Shown here: positions 22,950 through 35,900 of the stretch, one piece after another | Position numbering within the stretch: the first letter of the stretch is position 1 | Layout of the letters: every line of letters begins with the position of its first letter | Source of the DNA: Chara braunii | Taxonomy: Eukaryota; Plantae; Charophyceae | Assembly (NCBI GenBank): GCA_003427395.1 | Contig: BFEA01000018.1 | Coordinates: 5,663,510 to 5,706,159 of the forward strand | DNA length: 42,650 bases | Reading direction: 5' to 3' | The notes under the pieces: generated by a model | Seen by the model: the letters and a program-made list of their open reading frames with translations, nothing else | What the model was told of the DNA's origin: nothing | Database searches by the model: none | Position numbers and translations under genes: made by a program

Positions 22950-23770
22950 TAGTCCTTGCATATGGACTCGTAAACTTCTGCCAGTTGGAAAGTATCGCGC
23001 TCGCCCCCGTGCCGCTGTTCGCATTCTATGTGAAGCTTGCAATTGCTTACTTTCACTGTCATGCTGGTGACCTCCCTTACCGTCTGCGTTATTGCCACCG
23101 CTACTGCGCTTGCTGTCCTCTCACCTGGTACATGAAGAGGCGGTAGTACCCAAACGCCCGCCTGTAGAGCAAGCCTATGCACGGTAGTGCCTGGCAACAA
23201 AGGCACAGACAGGACGGGCTACCACATGGAAGTGATATTTCATCTGGTCGACATGGGGGAAATTGAAGAAAGAAGGGAGAGCAGCGCACTGGAACGTCTT
23301 ATTTTCTGTCTCATCACCTTCCTAACCTTCTCTCCTTCCTTTCCTTCCTCTTCTTTCTCACCGTCATTCGCCATCCAGCTCACCCTCCCTCTCGGCCTCC
23401 TCACCCCCGCCTTCCCCTGCATGCTCTAACCCACCCACTCGAACATGACGTACACCTGCAGCACTCTCTCTACACCCTCCCCCTCCCCCTCTTCTACCCC
23501 TGGCTAATACCTACCCCGCTCTACCCATAGTACTGCCCATTTCTCGCCCACCGAACACCCCCCCAGGCTTCCGCTCCTCTTCCCCTCCTCCATCCTTTTC
23601 CTCTCCTCCCTCCCTTTCTTCCACTTCTTTTGCGCCTCACGACAAACAAGGAAGGTGCTCCCTCTAACGACGCTTCTAATGGTGGCAGCAGAAAGGCCTC
23701 AGGGAATCGCCACCCTCTCCTGTTATGGTCGTCGAGTTTCATGCAGTAGATGGTATATAGTACAACTCTT

Positions 23771-23830
23771 GAGTACAGCCAAGCGCAGCTCTAAAGTACA
23801 GCCAAGCGCAGCTCTGGAGTACAGCCAAGC
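23771..23830. repeat. ~23-bp minisatellite (~2.5 units)
   Basis: AGTACAGCCAAGCGCAGCTCT is repeated. Confidence 0.85.
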
Positions 23831-25424
23831 CAGACAGACTTCCTTCTTTTTCTTTCTCTTTCCTCTTCTCCCTTCTTCGTCCCCACTTCCTGCCTCCCAT
23901 TCAATCTGTGGCTGCATATGTACAGTGGGTGATCTCTTTGAGCATAAAACATTATCACGTCTTCCTTATTTTTTGGAGTTCAAGCGCCCATTTTTTATGT
24001 CGAATGCTCGTTATGGTCAAGTGTCGATTCCCACTGCTTACCAATTTAAATACATTTGTGTCAAATCTTCTTTGAAGAGTCTGTGCAGTCTTTGCTTTAA
24101 TCACCCCCCTCTCCCTATCTTTCCCCCTCCCTATCTATACCTCCCCTTTTTCCTGTCCCTTATGAATGATCATTTCTCGACGATTCCCTTTTCCATGGTC
24201 ACCTAACCTCTGTGCACTTATGAGAACTACGATTCATGTTGGGCAAAAGTATTTGGAGATTGTTGTTTGTACCGAGGCGCCAGATGTAAGAAAGTCAACG
24301 TAACGAAGCAGATTGCTTGTTGTTCCCCTCTCTAAATAGGTGTTTGTCATATACTGATGCTTGGACTTTTCAACGCTTCCATCATTTGACGCATTTAGCA
24401 TTAGTTATAGACTTCTCTTACCTTACATGCACTTTTTTTCTCGTTTTGTTTTCTATGTATGATACCCATGATATTAAACGCATTTCCCAATGCTTTCCTT
24501 GGTTGCCGTTCCGGGTGTTTCCTAATGCGTGGATGTTATCATAGTTGTCCTTCTAATACGATGCCTGTGCATGATGCGCTCCACACACCCTCCTTTTCTT
24601 GAGCGGTCAATCCCCTTTCTGAAAAGTTATGTGGTACGTGGCTCAGAAGTTTACGGAGATCGCAGCAGTAAATCAGGATGTTTCAAGTATGGATACAGTC
24701 TGGAATATTGCTCGTTTCACTCCTTTCTCTTTTGTTTGGATAGAAAGAGCATCCCTCACTTGTGAACTTCAATTTCATAGATACATGGATGGTTCTGCCT
24801 TTCTCGGCCTTTATGCATGATGATGTCGGGTTCTGGTAACGTCTGTAAAAATCGTTTCAAAATTGTTGTCAACATGGATATTGAAATAGCAGTAGTTGTC
24901 CGTCTTACCCTTTATTTTATGGACATATTCCTTTATGATTGCTCTACGTAAACTTCTGAATACTACAAAACACGATGAGATTGCATTGATACTATTGAAA
25001 CTGTGCTTAGCTTTGCTAGTGTTCCCGTCTCTGCTGCCAATTCAATGAATTTGTCTCTACCCTTCTGGTCCTCCCATTGGTTTAGTAAACTTTCCCTGCC
25101 TTAAAAAATCCGAAAAATACGTCTAAAAAACCTAACTTGGAGGAGTTCCTATATCGTCATAAGGTAAACCTTTTTGCCAGAGATCCTCTCTATATGCTAG
25201 TGTTCGCATCAGAGTCTGGTGTAGCATGGAATGTGTGCAATGGCGTGCTTACACACACACGCACACACACACATATGATTTGAGTAATTTGTATCTTTTT
25301 GTATTGGATAAGAATCATAAAATAACACTTGTAATCAAAATACAAACTCCTCCATGTGACAAAATAATATTCGTTGGTGCAGAAGGTTTGAACATAAAGA
25401 GACTGAAAAACCTTCTATATGGTT

Positions 25425-25712
25425 GGATGGGTGCGTATGAAACCGCTTTCAGTTATTCAACCACTTTATGTCATTTCACGGGTTTCGGGTGGAGAGACTT
25501 GAAACCTTTGAAATGACGAGAAGTGGTTGAAGCTCCTAAAAACGGTTTCAGGTCTCTCCATTCAAGCATTTCGATGGAGGGATATGAAACCGCTTTCAGA
25601 AGCTTTCGCCACTTCATGTGACTTCAAGAGTTCCAGATGGGGACTTGAAAACTTTGAAATGGCCTGAAGTGGATGAAGCTTTTGAAAGCGGTTTCAAGTC
25701 CCCCCATTCAGG
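25425..25712. repeat. Tandem pair of ~145-bp palindromic units (foldback-like)
   Basis: TGAAACCGCTTTCAG...CCACTT..TG..A.TTCA / TGAAATG....AAGTGG.TGAAGCT....AAA.CGGTTTCA at ~25438-25550 and ~25584-25696. Confidence 0.75.
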
Positions 25713-25764
25713 TACCCAACGCTAGTCTGAGCAGCCGAAAATGACTTGAAAATAGAGGCATCTG

Positions 25765-26053
25765 TTAACCTTCTCATCCCTTTATTAGACCGGATGTTAT
25801 AAATCAACACCTCGGACTGCAGAATGAGTAATAGGGGGGCGAGTAGATGACCTTGCCTCAATGACATGATTAGGGTCAACTCTTGTGAACAACTCTCTTC
25901 ACTATGATCGCAACTGTAGCATATGCATACAGTGATTTAACCCAACGATAGAAAACTTGTCTAAAGTCCATGACCCTCAACATAGTCATTGTGAAGTCCC
26001 AGTTTACTCAGTCGTAGGCGTTTTCTAGGTTCAGGAGCAGTACAACCACATCT
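25765..26053 (-). pseudogene. LINE RT fragment
   Basis: Minus-strand translation gives VVVLLLNLENAYD*VNWDF...SLRQGHLLAPLLLILQSEVL. Confidence 0.85.
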
Positions 26054-27147
26054 TAATTATCTGTTCGACCAATGTAGGTTTGTGTGTACACCGAGCAACG
26101 TAAGAGGCCCGATGCTTGAAACCCGGTTGTCCGCAGGGGTCTCAAGATACAACTCTGAACTGTGTGATACAACCATTGTGGTTGCCCCATTGGACGTTGC
26201 CCCTCTAAGTGTGTCATATGACATTGCTTCCTGTGGGTTATTGGAGAGCATTGCTTGCACCCCCTTTTGGATTGTGTGGGCTCATATGGGGATGGGGCGA
26301 GGAAAGAGGTGGGCTCAATGGGGAAAGTTAGGGGAGGGGATAGGGGAGGGGATGCCAAGGTTCGTCGTTTCCCTAGCAGGCCTTCAATAGTTGTCTTTGG
26401 TGGCAGGTGACAGGGTGTGATGACGCCTTCTATTATGGCACTTTGGGAGACCTTCGAAACCTGAGTTCGAGTACCATTGTTGGCGACAGAGTAGCACGGA
26501 TCCCAGTGTGTGTGGTCAAAACAAGGCTCTGTGCTAGACTGTTCTCTATGTTTGGATGAGTTCACTGCGCCGATAAGAGGCTGAACTCCGTGCGGCCAGC
26601 CTCCTAGTGGACATCTTTTTTTTTTCATAACTAAGCTATATTCTTCTCTCAATTTCACCTTTCACTATCTACCTACCACTACTCCTAGGCCTAATCGGCG
26701 ATGGTCAAGACGTAGAGTGAGGTCGCCAGTGGGGGGAGCTGGCTAATGCAAAGACCGAGCATTTTGTCAATAATTGTGTTTCCCATCTATCTCCCCCACC
26801 CCCCATCCAATTTCAGCAGTGGTTATGGCCAACACTCTCCCATACACCACACATTCCACTCATGTTCACACTCACACCCGTGTTGGTCATATACCCTACT
26901 AATACCGATCAAGGGTATCAAGCGGACTATCACAGTTGGTTGGCAACTTGGCACTAAGTGCGCCACAAACGATCGAGGGGCTCAAACCCACAACCTCAAG
27001 AATGTCACTTGCTTGCCTAACGAATTGATCTAGGCCGCTGGATTGGACATCCTCTCCTCGCATTGTCCGGTAGGAGGGGTATATTATAAATAAATGGAAG
27101 TCGGGGGGGCATTTCAAAATTTTTGCAAAAAAAAAAAAGAACACCAA

Positions 27148-27265
27148 CCCACCACTTCCACCATTTCTTTGACCTGGGACAATCCCACCATAAATGGGTC
27201 ATGGTCTCACACGGGCAGGAACAACAATCACACTCCAGGTTAACTTGCATACCTCTAGAGGACAA
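27148..27265 (-). pseudogene. LINE ORF2 C-terminal zinc-finger fragment
   Basis: SRGMQVNLECDCCSCPCETMTHLWWDCPRSKKWWKWW matches E1 SRGMEVPLKCPRCSWPFESTKHLWWDCPASKRVWRWW. Confidence 0.85.
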
Positions 27266-27289
27266 ACATTTGATTATAGAAACTGAGAA

Positions 27290-29556
27290 ATGTGACTACA
27301 ACCACAGGAAGGATATTATTTATGAGGGCAAATTCGCAAGTTGGCGCCATAGTCGCATCAGATTCCCCTCGGTTGGAGTTGGAAGAAAAGTCAGACGTTT
27401 CGATTCTCCATTGGACAATATTTTTTTTTTCAATAAAAGGGTCACGACCTTCAGATATCAACGTGGCCCTATCTCATCTTATTTGTCACATACTACCACC
27501 AAATCCCTCAGAGAGAGAAACCGGAGCACCGACAGCAGGAAAGGAGACTCTGGGGAGATGAAATTGGCAGAGCAGAAGGAAGAGAATTAGTTACATATAC
27601 GCGTGGAAAAGAGGTAAACGGGAAGGTTGGACAAGCAAACCAAGGGCAGATAGACAAAGAAGGTGGGGCAGATGACGACAAGGAAGAGGCGTCCCCACGA
27701 GATATACACGAAGGCGCGTTCAACAGGTCGAATGACGACTTGCGGACGATAGATCACTTGATCCTGCCTCTGGTGTGTATGCTTCAAGGTCACAATTTTT
27801 TTGTCCTCGGACTTAGGTCAGTCGAGACTACATGCCAACAAGCCATGTCTTGGAGATTCCTTCGACACAGTTCATAATGATGAAAGTGAGGCAGTTGTTC
27901 GTTGAGGCTTTGTTTTCTGACTATTTCCCGATGACGCCCCAACTCGTTTAGTGGTGGGTTTACCAGAAGGGGTAAGGTGAGATACATTGTTCTTCTGGTG
28001 GATGCAAGGATCTCATCAGAGTCGCAGAACAACATAGGGAGCGTTGGGTTGGTAGGTATCCCGCTTCGCCTTCTCTTGGCAGATTCGTACGAAGAGTTGA
28101 AACGCATCTCAGTTGACCCAGGGATGTTAGCAAGCATTTTACTCCGACTGAACGCTGAATTGCAGAAACGGAGGAACCTATCATCAACTTACTTTACGGA
28201 GGTTCTGAGTGGCAGATGGTCAGACGTGCTTATGACCCCGGGGCTTATCCAAGTAGCGGCCCCTCATCAACAGGTCAAAGGGGAAAATTAAAATAGCCAC
28301 TTGGAACTTGAATGTCCAGGGGCTAAGTGGCGCTAGGGGAAAATCAGAAAGGAAGAAGGTTCAAAACATAGGCGCATGAGCAAAATGTAGATGTGATCTT
28401 TGTGAAAGAGTCAAAGCTCTCAGTTGAAAAGTTGAGTCAGCTAACAAATTGGTGGGTGGGGCCACAACTATAGTCCCCTGTGCAGGGTAGTCGGGGAGGA
28501 GTTGCAATCCTATTTAATGACAGTATAGAGGTTGTTCTACTGGACACGGACTGCGATTTATAAGGTCGGTGGTATTGGGTAAAAATGGCTATGGAGGGAG
28601 AGGAATGAGTCTTTGGTACGGTGTATGCTCCTAACAACCCCCTGGACAAAATTAAATTTATAACAACTGCTATCGAGAGAGTTGTCGAAGTCAGAGCACT
28701 TGGTAGTGGGAGGAGACTGAAATTTGGTTTGCACCCCCGGATTGGACTCAGAGAAGGAGGGGATGCAAAGAAACATGCGAACACTGCTGATGTGGATGGA
28801 GGAAGGGGGCTTGCATGACATTTACAAAGAGATCAACCCACTGTCCAATAGATTCACTTGGTTCGAAAGGACTCCACAATCAGCAAGGGTAAAGATTCTT
28901 CATGGTATAAGAGGACGTGGCATGAATGTGCACATGGTCCAGGAAACCAATGCTTTATTATCATACCAAAAGTCGGTGGTGTTTAAAACTAGTGTTGGGG
29001 TTTCAAGCGGATGTGGTATGGAATGCTTTAGTCGACTCAACTCATCCCTCGTGGAGGATGAAGGTGTTTTGGAATGGGTGAGATTAAAGTTGTTTTGGAG
29101 GGAGTGGGACGCAGCAAAGGTGTCCTTTAATTCGAGAGCAGATTGGGTAGATGCATGACTTCAAATCATTTCTAATAAAATGGAGATTTTTTCGGTTATT
29201 GCGGCGTTCGTCAGAAACAAGGAAGAGGCGAATTGCAGGAAAAACGTTGACGAGGCAGAAAGGCAAACGACTGCCCATCAGATTTCGGAGTTGGTATGGG
29301 CGGAAGAGGTGGCAAACAAGCTACAAAGTTGGGAACAAATGCAACAGGAGAAACACAGTCATTGGGAGAAGGTTCTGGCGGAAAAGAAAATTGTCGCGGA
29401 GATCGTTTATGCAAGGAAACGTTTCTAAGATTACCTATGTTGCATAGAGTACACGTACGGGGGCTTCCCGTACGAAACGTACAGGTTATTTATGTACGGG
29501 ATCTGTATGGGAACCTGTAAGGGAACCTCCACGTCTTGTATGGCCCCGTACGAAAA

Positions 29557-29587
<31 letters not shown>

Positions 29588-32470
29588 GAAGTCGTCAAAA
29601 AAAATCGAAAAACAACTATGTGATGCAAAAACACAAAACAAGCAACATTTGGCGGAGCATCATCTTCATATTCTTAATAGAATTTGAGAAAAAAAAATAG
29701 AAACAATACCGGATTTAAATTTAAAAAAAAAAAAAAAAAAAACACTCGTACAGGACTCCTAACGTACGAGTAGCATACGAGTACAAGAGTACGAATCCGT
29801 ACTCGTACGAGGGTGCGTGCAAGTGGCAACGTAGAAGATTACTGCTAAGGAGGAAATCGGTTCAGATGAAAGAATTAGTTCATCCTCACCCCGCAGTGCT
29901 CCCACCAGACACTATAAACAATGATTTGTGTGAATACGCACAAACCTACTCTCAAAAGATACGAACCTCTCGCTCAAGTGTCACAGATCCGAAGATAAGT
30001 CTCTCGGATCATTTGGGCGTGTGGAATGTGCTCGGAGTATCCTTAACATTAGAAGTCGGGGAGGCACTTGACAAGGCAATGACGCCAAAGAACTGACACA
30101 GACCTTAGCCACAGTAGCAAGGGGAAAGGCACCGGGCGATGATGGGCTGGCAATGGAGTTTTATAAGTCAGTTTAGGACATGATAATGGTGTAGTTGGTA
30201 ACACTATATAACGAGATCCTGCAAGGAGAGAGATTGGGTTTCACCATGACCCGAGACATTATAACGTTGTTGTACAAGAAAGGAGATCGTAGTGAGATCA
30301 GGAACTGACGACCGATCCCACCACTAAATTTATCCTACAAGTTGCTAGCCAAAACAATACCGAACAGGCTTGCAACATATCTATCAGGGATGGTAGGGCT
30401 AGATAACTTTTTTCAAAGGAAGATTCATCTTCGACAACTTGGTCATCGGGAGAAAGAATGCAGACGTGGTGGTCCTCATGCTCGATATGGAGAAGGCCTA
30501 CAATTGAGTGAACTGGGCATTCATCCTAACGACACTGAAAATGATGAACTTTGGAAATGACTTATGCAACGACATCAAAGCATATTGTACTTATTCTCCA
30601 CAGCAGCAGTCCAAGTCAACGATTGGCACAATAAGGAATTCAAATTAACACGCTCCTTGAGACAAGAGTGTTAATTAGTCCCCCCGTTGTTCGTAGTTCA
30701 ACTGAAGGGGTTTCTCAAAGACATCAAGAAGCATCCTCTACTAGTAGGTATGAGATTGCGCAGGGGCAGGCAGTGCAGGGTAAGGCACTAGTAGATGATC
30801 TGCTCGCCTTATCAACAAATGGAAAGGAATTCATGGACGTTATGAAAGGTTGCTTATTTCACTATGTACAGTTGCTGAAAGCGGCAGTGAGCTAGAATAA
30901 ATCCATTTACTACCTGCTTCCAGAGTATGAACTTAACGTGGAATGGGGAATGTGCAAAGCGCAAGAGGGTGAAGCGAAACAGTATTTGGAGGTGCACCTG
31001 ACTCTCGAGGACTGCACGGACTCTCAAGCGACTATCTTATAGGAGAAAATTGTGACAAGAATACGCAGTTGAGGACCGACCTCACATATGCCACTCATCG
31101 AACGAGTCCTAGCCATTACGGTTTGACATTCTTTATCCTTTGGTATGTGGCGAAGGCTAGGAGACTGGCCAAGCCATTGATCAAAGTAGTAAAAGCGTCA
31201 ACTCGATAGTTTATCTCGAAACCCGGGTTAGGAGAAGAGAAAGGCTATATTGCTAAGGAGGCATGAGCACACTCTGCGCTCCGAAGAACCAAGGTGGTTT
31301 AGCTCTCTTAGACCCGGACTCACAAAACTTGAAACTCTTATCAAAATTGATAATGAAAGTGGATGTTGTGGACCAGCAAGCGGATTGGTGTATACTGGCA
31401 TAGGAGTTGTTGCGTGAGCAATGGGGTTTCTTTCGACCAAAAGATGTACGAGTGACAGTCATGATCCAATCTTTCTTCTGCAAAAGATATAAATCAAAGT
31501 TATGGAAAGATATTTTGCAGGCTTGGCATAGATACAAGCTCAATAAGGTAGGCCCTCTAGCTAGTAGAGCAGAGGTCCTTAAGCAACACCTCTTTGAGAA
31601 TCTATTGATTCGAGGGAAGAGTGGCGAGCCATTCATTACACCAGGGCAGGATCATATGGTATGAAGTGGATTCAGCGGGGAGTATCAAAGGTGGGAGACG
31701 TGTGGGATGAATCCACAGGACAGTGGAAGGCAAAGGAAATATTGAAGGATCAATTGGGGATGCTAGTGGCGCAACAGGAAAGAAGACATGACCTCATTGA
31801 TGCCATTCCACCCAGTTGGGGTGAGTTGTTAAGCAACAACTGGATCCCCGCCACGGGCAGTTGGTACAAACAGTTGACGACGAATCAGACAGATCAGGAA
31901 GAAAAGTTTATGAGATTGGATCATTGGGACGAGGCCATTCAAGGTAAATGTACGCTTGCAATCTTTCATAAAGTCATCCCGGGCCTCTCAAATCTCAAAA
32001 GAATCATGGAGACCAATTATGGTATCCGCAACCTGAGGTCTATAAGAGTGGATCGTTGTGCACAAAGGTTGGTGCTTGAGACACAACGGAGCTCCGTATG
32101 AGGACCTGCGCATTGATTGGGCTGCATGGGGGAAGAAGTGTGGGACTTGAGGCAGAAAGATGAGGCAATGATGCATAAACAACAGAGCCTCATCATGATA
32201 CGGAAAGAAACCAGCCGATCAGCCGACATCTGGTGGGCAAATGGGATAACCAAGGTAGTCCTGGTCGTAGATAGCACTGTAATCAGTTGGCTGAAATGAC
32301 TGGAATAGGTTGTAGTCAGTGGATTTCGTAAAAAAAAAATATGAGAATAGTTTGTAAGACTGAGGAATGCTAGTAGCAAGTCCAATTTTGAAATAAGTTG
32401 CATGAGCTAAACCGACTGATGTTGTCGAGATAACTCCGGGTTGAATTGTGAGGTCCCTGGCCTCGTTTCA
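27290..32470 (+). mobile_element. E3: decayed L1/Tx1-type LINE (5'-incomplete)
   Basis: ORF1 remnants (LLVDARIS...LLRLNAELQ). Endonuclease IATWN and VYAP. RT LDMEKAY, SLRQ and LVDD, then WIQRGVSKVGDVW. Conserved 3' motif at 32403-32464. Confidence 0.9.
29435..29834. mobile_element. 400-bp MITE with 8-bp TSD (hAT- or P-like) inserted in E3 ORF2
   Basis: TSD AAGATTAC at 29427-29434 and 29835-29842. TIR CTATGTTGC/GCAACGTAG. Subterminal (C)GTACG repeats. Removing it restores ETFLRLL (cf. E1 ETFRKLL). Confidence 0.9.
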
Positions 32471-32499
32471 AATCTGTACAGGATGGTCTTTCAGGCCTT

Positions 32500-32856
32500 T
32501 TCATTATTGTGATAGTAGTACGGGGAACCCCGTAGCAGCCAGCCCGAGTTCAAGCCTCCAATGAGGGAACATGCAGGGGCTGCACTCGACCTGCGGGTGG
32601 GCGATACCAACGAGGGGTCAACCGGTAGCATTAGGACCGAGCTTCTTTGAAGAGCCAGTCACTGTGCCTCCCCTCCAGTCCCCTCCCCCTCTGAACATCA
32701 GCAGTCTCTGCTCGATGCCGCTCGGGGGGTCCAACGACCTATCTCTAGGTGGCGGGTACCAAGCTTGCCCATCAAGGTACACGAGGTTGATGGGGATTGA
32801 GCCCAAGACCTCCTTAATGCCACTTGCATGCCTTACCAACTGAGCTAGGCCACTGG
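32500..32856 (-). mobile_element. tRNA-derived SINE-like element
   Basis: A-box TAGCTCAGTTGG (32836-32847) and degenerate B-box GGCTCAATCC (32794-32803) at tRNA-like spacing. The 3' end is uncertain. Confidence 0.6.
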
Positions 32857-32969
32857 ATTCAAGGGTTGTGTTTCATTTAAAATAAAAGATAAAAAATATC
32901 AATGTGGGACTGACTTGCCCCAAGGACATTCAAGAGGTAATTTAGAAATTTTCGAACTGGTCCTACTTG

Positions 32970-35900
32970 GGGCGGGGGGGCGGCGGGGGGGAAGGGCCGG
33001 TAGTGCTAATTTTCACTACGCTAAGCACAACGCTAATTCTGAGCGCTAAGTTGGGCGTGAAGGCGAAAGTTACCAGGCGATAATTTTTCCCTCTCCGGAG
33101 AAAATAACCGCCCGGAAGTTAAGGTTCCATGAACCATAGATGCCTTTCAAGGAGAACGGACACGAGGGCACGTTGCAAATGTGTTGGAATGGTACGAGAC
33201 CATCATTTTCGTAAGATGGTAAGAACGGATTACCTCCAACGATTTGAAGACGAAGCAAGGTAACATTCGTTCACCTTGGTCCTGTCTTCCCCGGAAGCCA
33301 GTAGGAACATATCCCTCTACTTCCATCTTCTTGCATAGCCGTATAGTGGAATTGACCTATTCTGAAATTAATTACCGATGCCTTCCGCAGTAATAATGAA
33401 TTGGTAAATCTCTCTCTGCATGATTTTAAGGGTAAGTTAATTTTAGTGTGGGCTCCTCTCCCCACCACTACTATTCATTAGGCTCGGGGGGTAGAGTGTT
33501 GTTCATTCCTCTCGGTAACAGGGAAGAGGGAGCCTCGGGAATATACAAGTCATTAGTACAACGACCATTGCCAAGTTGAGGCTGACTTGTCGTACCTCGC
33601 CATGTAGGTTTGTTTTTTCCGTCGACATATCTCGAACTTCACGACATACAGACATAGTGAATTCAGCCAATTTTCATAGTGACTTCAAGACTAATCGGTG
33701 GATACTGTCTCTCACAACCGGAGCAAAAACGCTCGACCCATCTGCAAAATCCTCAAGCAAGAACAGGTGTCATGAAGCCCAACAACCCACTCGCCATCAA
33801 CAGTAGATAATTCGTCCAAGTCTCCAAGGCAACGAGTGCGCCAATCGGAGGTCGGACGGATAACATGCAAGGCCCAATTCGAAGCGAGGCATCCATTTGT
33901 TGTACTAAGGCTCGTACATGGAGCATTGAGACAGGTCCCTGATAGCCACTCGATGTTGAGATCAGGGTGCAACACATCTCTAAGTATTGTATGGCGTCGT
34001 CACCACTTAAACTCACCATGGTTGCCACACCAATAGCGGTCCATGTGCCGTCAACAGAAGTTGATAAGAAGATAATTGGAGGAATCATTGAGGATTGTTA
34101 TGCAAATGGTATTCTCCCTGAGGAGTTTGCCCCTAGCTTAGCTGACGAAGGTCAGGATTTTGTCCGGGTGGTCGTTCACAAGGAGTTTTACGACATCCAA
34201 GCAGAATGGCTTGCAAAACATGCAGTCTCAGTTCAGTTTGAGAACGACTCATCTGCTCTCCCAACATCAATAAAGAATCGGATAATTCGAATCTATGAGG
34301 AGGGTTGGGCGCAGATCTCGGATCTCAACGCTGCCCCCAAACAAGGGGTATGAAGAAGTGATGGCAAAAATTTGGTCACATACATTGCCAACACCAAGGA
34401 AATTGTTTTTTTGATGATCAGGAAAGTCTCGGATAAGATTGAACTAAATGGCAACATGTACTCGGTCGGTTTCCGCCACTTGATGACCGAGAACGAGATC
34501 TATGAGTGGAATGAAGCCCAAAAATTTCGATACTTTCGGGTGAAGGCAATCCAGGTTCCAATATCAATCTTACCACATTTGAGAGGAGCAATTCAGAAGG
34601 CCTTTGGCAGAATTATCAAAGTACATGAGGCCTTTACAGACCCAATTTCCCCAGATCTTTGAAATGTAAGGTTCGATATGGAGGTTGTTGAGCGCGTTTG
34701 GTATAAGCAACACCTCATCATTGATTTAAAGGAAGATGGGGGGGTAAACTTAAACATTGCATGCTATGATTCTCTCTGGTGTAAAAAGTGTCGCCGCTCT
34801 TTTCACTAAGATGAGGATGAGAATTGTCCCATCAACATGCGGTTTGTTGCACGAAGGAAATCCTTCAAAGAGGCGTTAACAGAAGATCGTATGAAGCATA
34901 ATGTGAATAAATCAAAAGATTCAATGGACAAACAAAGAACCAAGAAACAGAAAGGGAGCCAGGATCCACATGACAAGGCGAGTAACCGCCAAGATCCATA
35001 GGAAGAAGATAATGGTTTTGACGATGGCCTGACAGTAAACCATAGAAGGGCAAACTCCAAGCCCGCTGAGGTGGCAGATGAAATCCCAGACATCCGGGGT
35101 GCAAGAGTTATCCGTGGTTCTATAATAGGGAAGGAAAAGAAACCTCTCTCCAGAAAAACATAAGGCATTTTCAGAGAAAAAATGATGGAGACCTCTACCT
35201 TCAAGTTGTCAGAAGACTCATCCAAGAGAAAGGAATGGAAGAGACCAGAAAGCAGAGAGGGAGGTGTGGGGAGGGGCAAAGACAAAGAGAGAAATCAAGG
35301 GGAGGAAAGTGTTGCCAACCAGGGCAGTCAAGGCTCGATGGAGATGGACATATCCTCCTCCTCCCCCCCCTCCCTCTGTGCCTTTTCCCCCTCCCCCCCA
35401 GTCACCCCCCCTGCCCCTCTCCTCCTCCACCATAACTGATTTTCGAAGACTCGAAGGAAAAGACAGAAGCAACTTTGATGGGTTTCGCTCCCGACTCAGC
35501 TCAAGGTCAGGTCCCCGATCCTCCATGTCCCCTCCCCCCGAAGGATGCTATTCCTGAAAAGCCCGATCACACCCCTACCAGTGAGGAGGGTAAGGATGGG
35601 AAAGCAGAGGATGGGGATGACAAGAAGGTCAGGGGAGGAGTAGAGAAGAATGGGATCTTCACGGCTAAACCATCTCACCAGGGGATCTTAGCCAAAAAAA
35701 AAAAAAAAAAAAAAAAAAAAAACGGGGGTTAAAAGGCGCACGGATTCAACAAGAGGCAATAAAGACGTCATGAGCCCTCTGATTGTGCAATCTGGCCCAT
35801 CCAAGAAACTCAAATCAAAAGATGCCTCTGCCATCCCTCGTCCCTCCTCCCAATAGGAGAAAAGGGTGAAGGATTACTCATTATATAAAAAAACGAGACC

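Noticed and set aside
23771-23830. CRISPR-like repeats
   Set aside because: There are no unique spacers and no cas genes, and the context is eukaryotic. It is a simple minisatellite.
23940-25000. Possible host exons among short ORFs
   Set aside because: No recognisable domain or convincing splice structure could be supported by eye.
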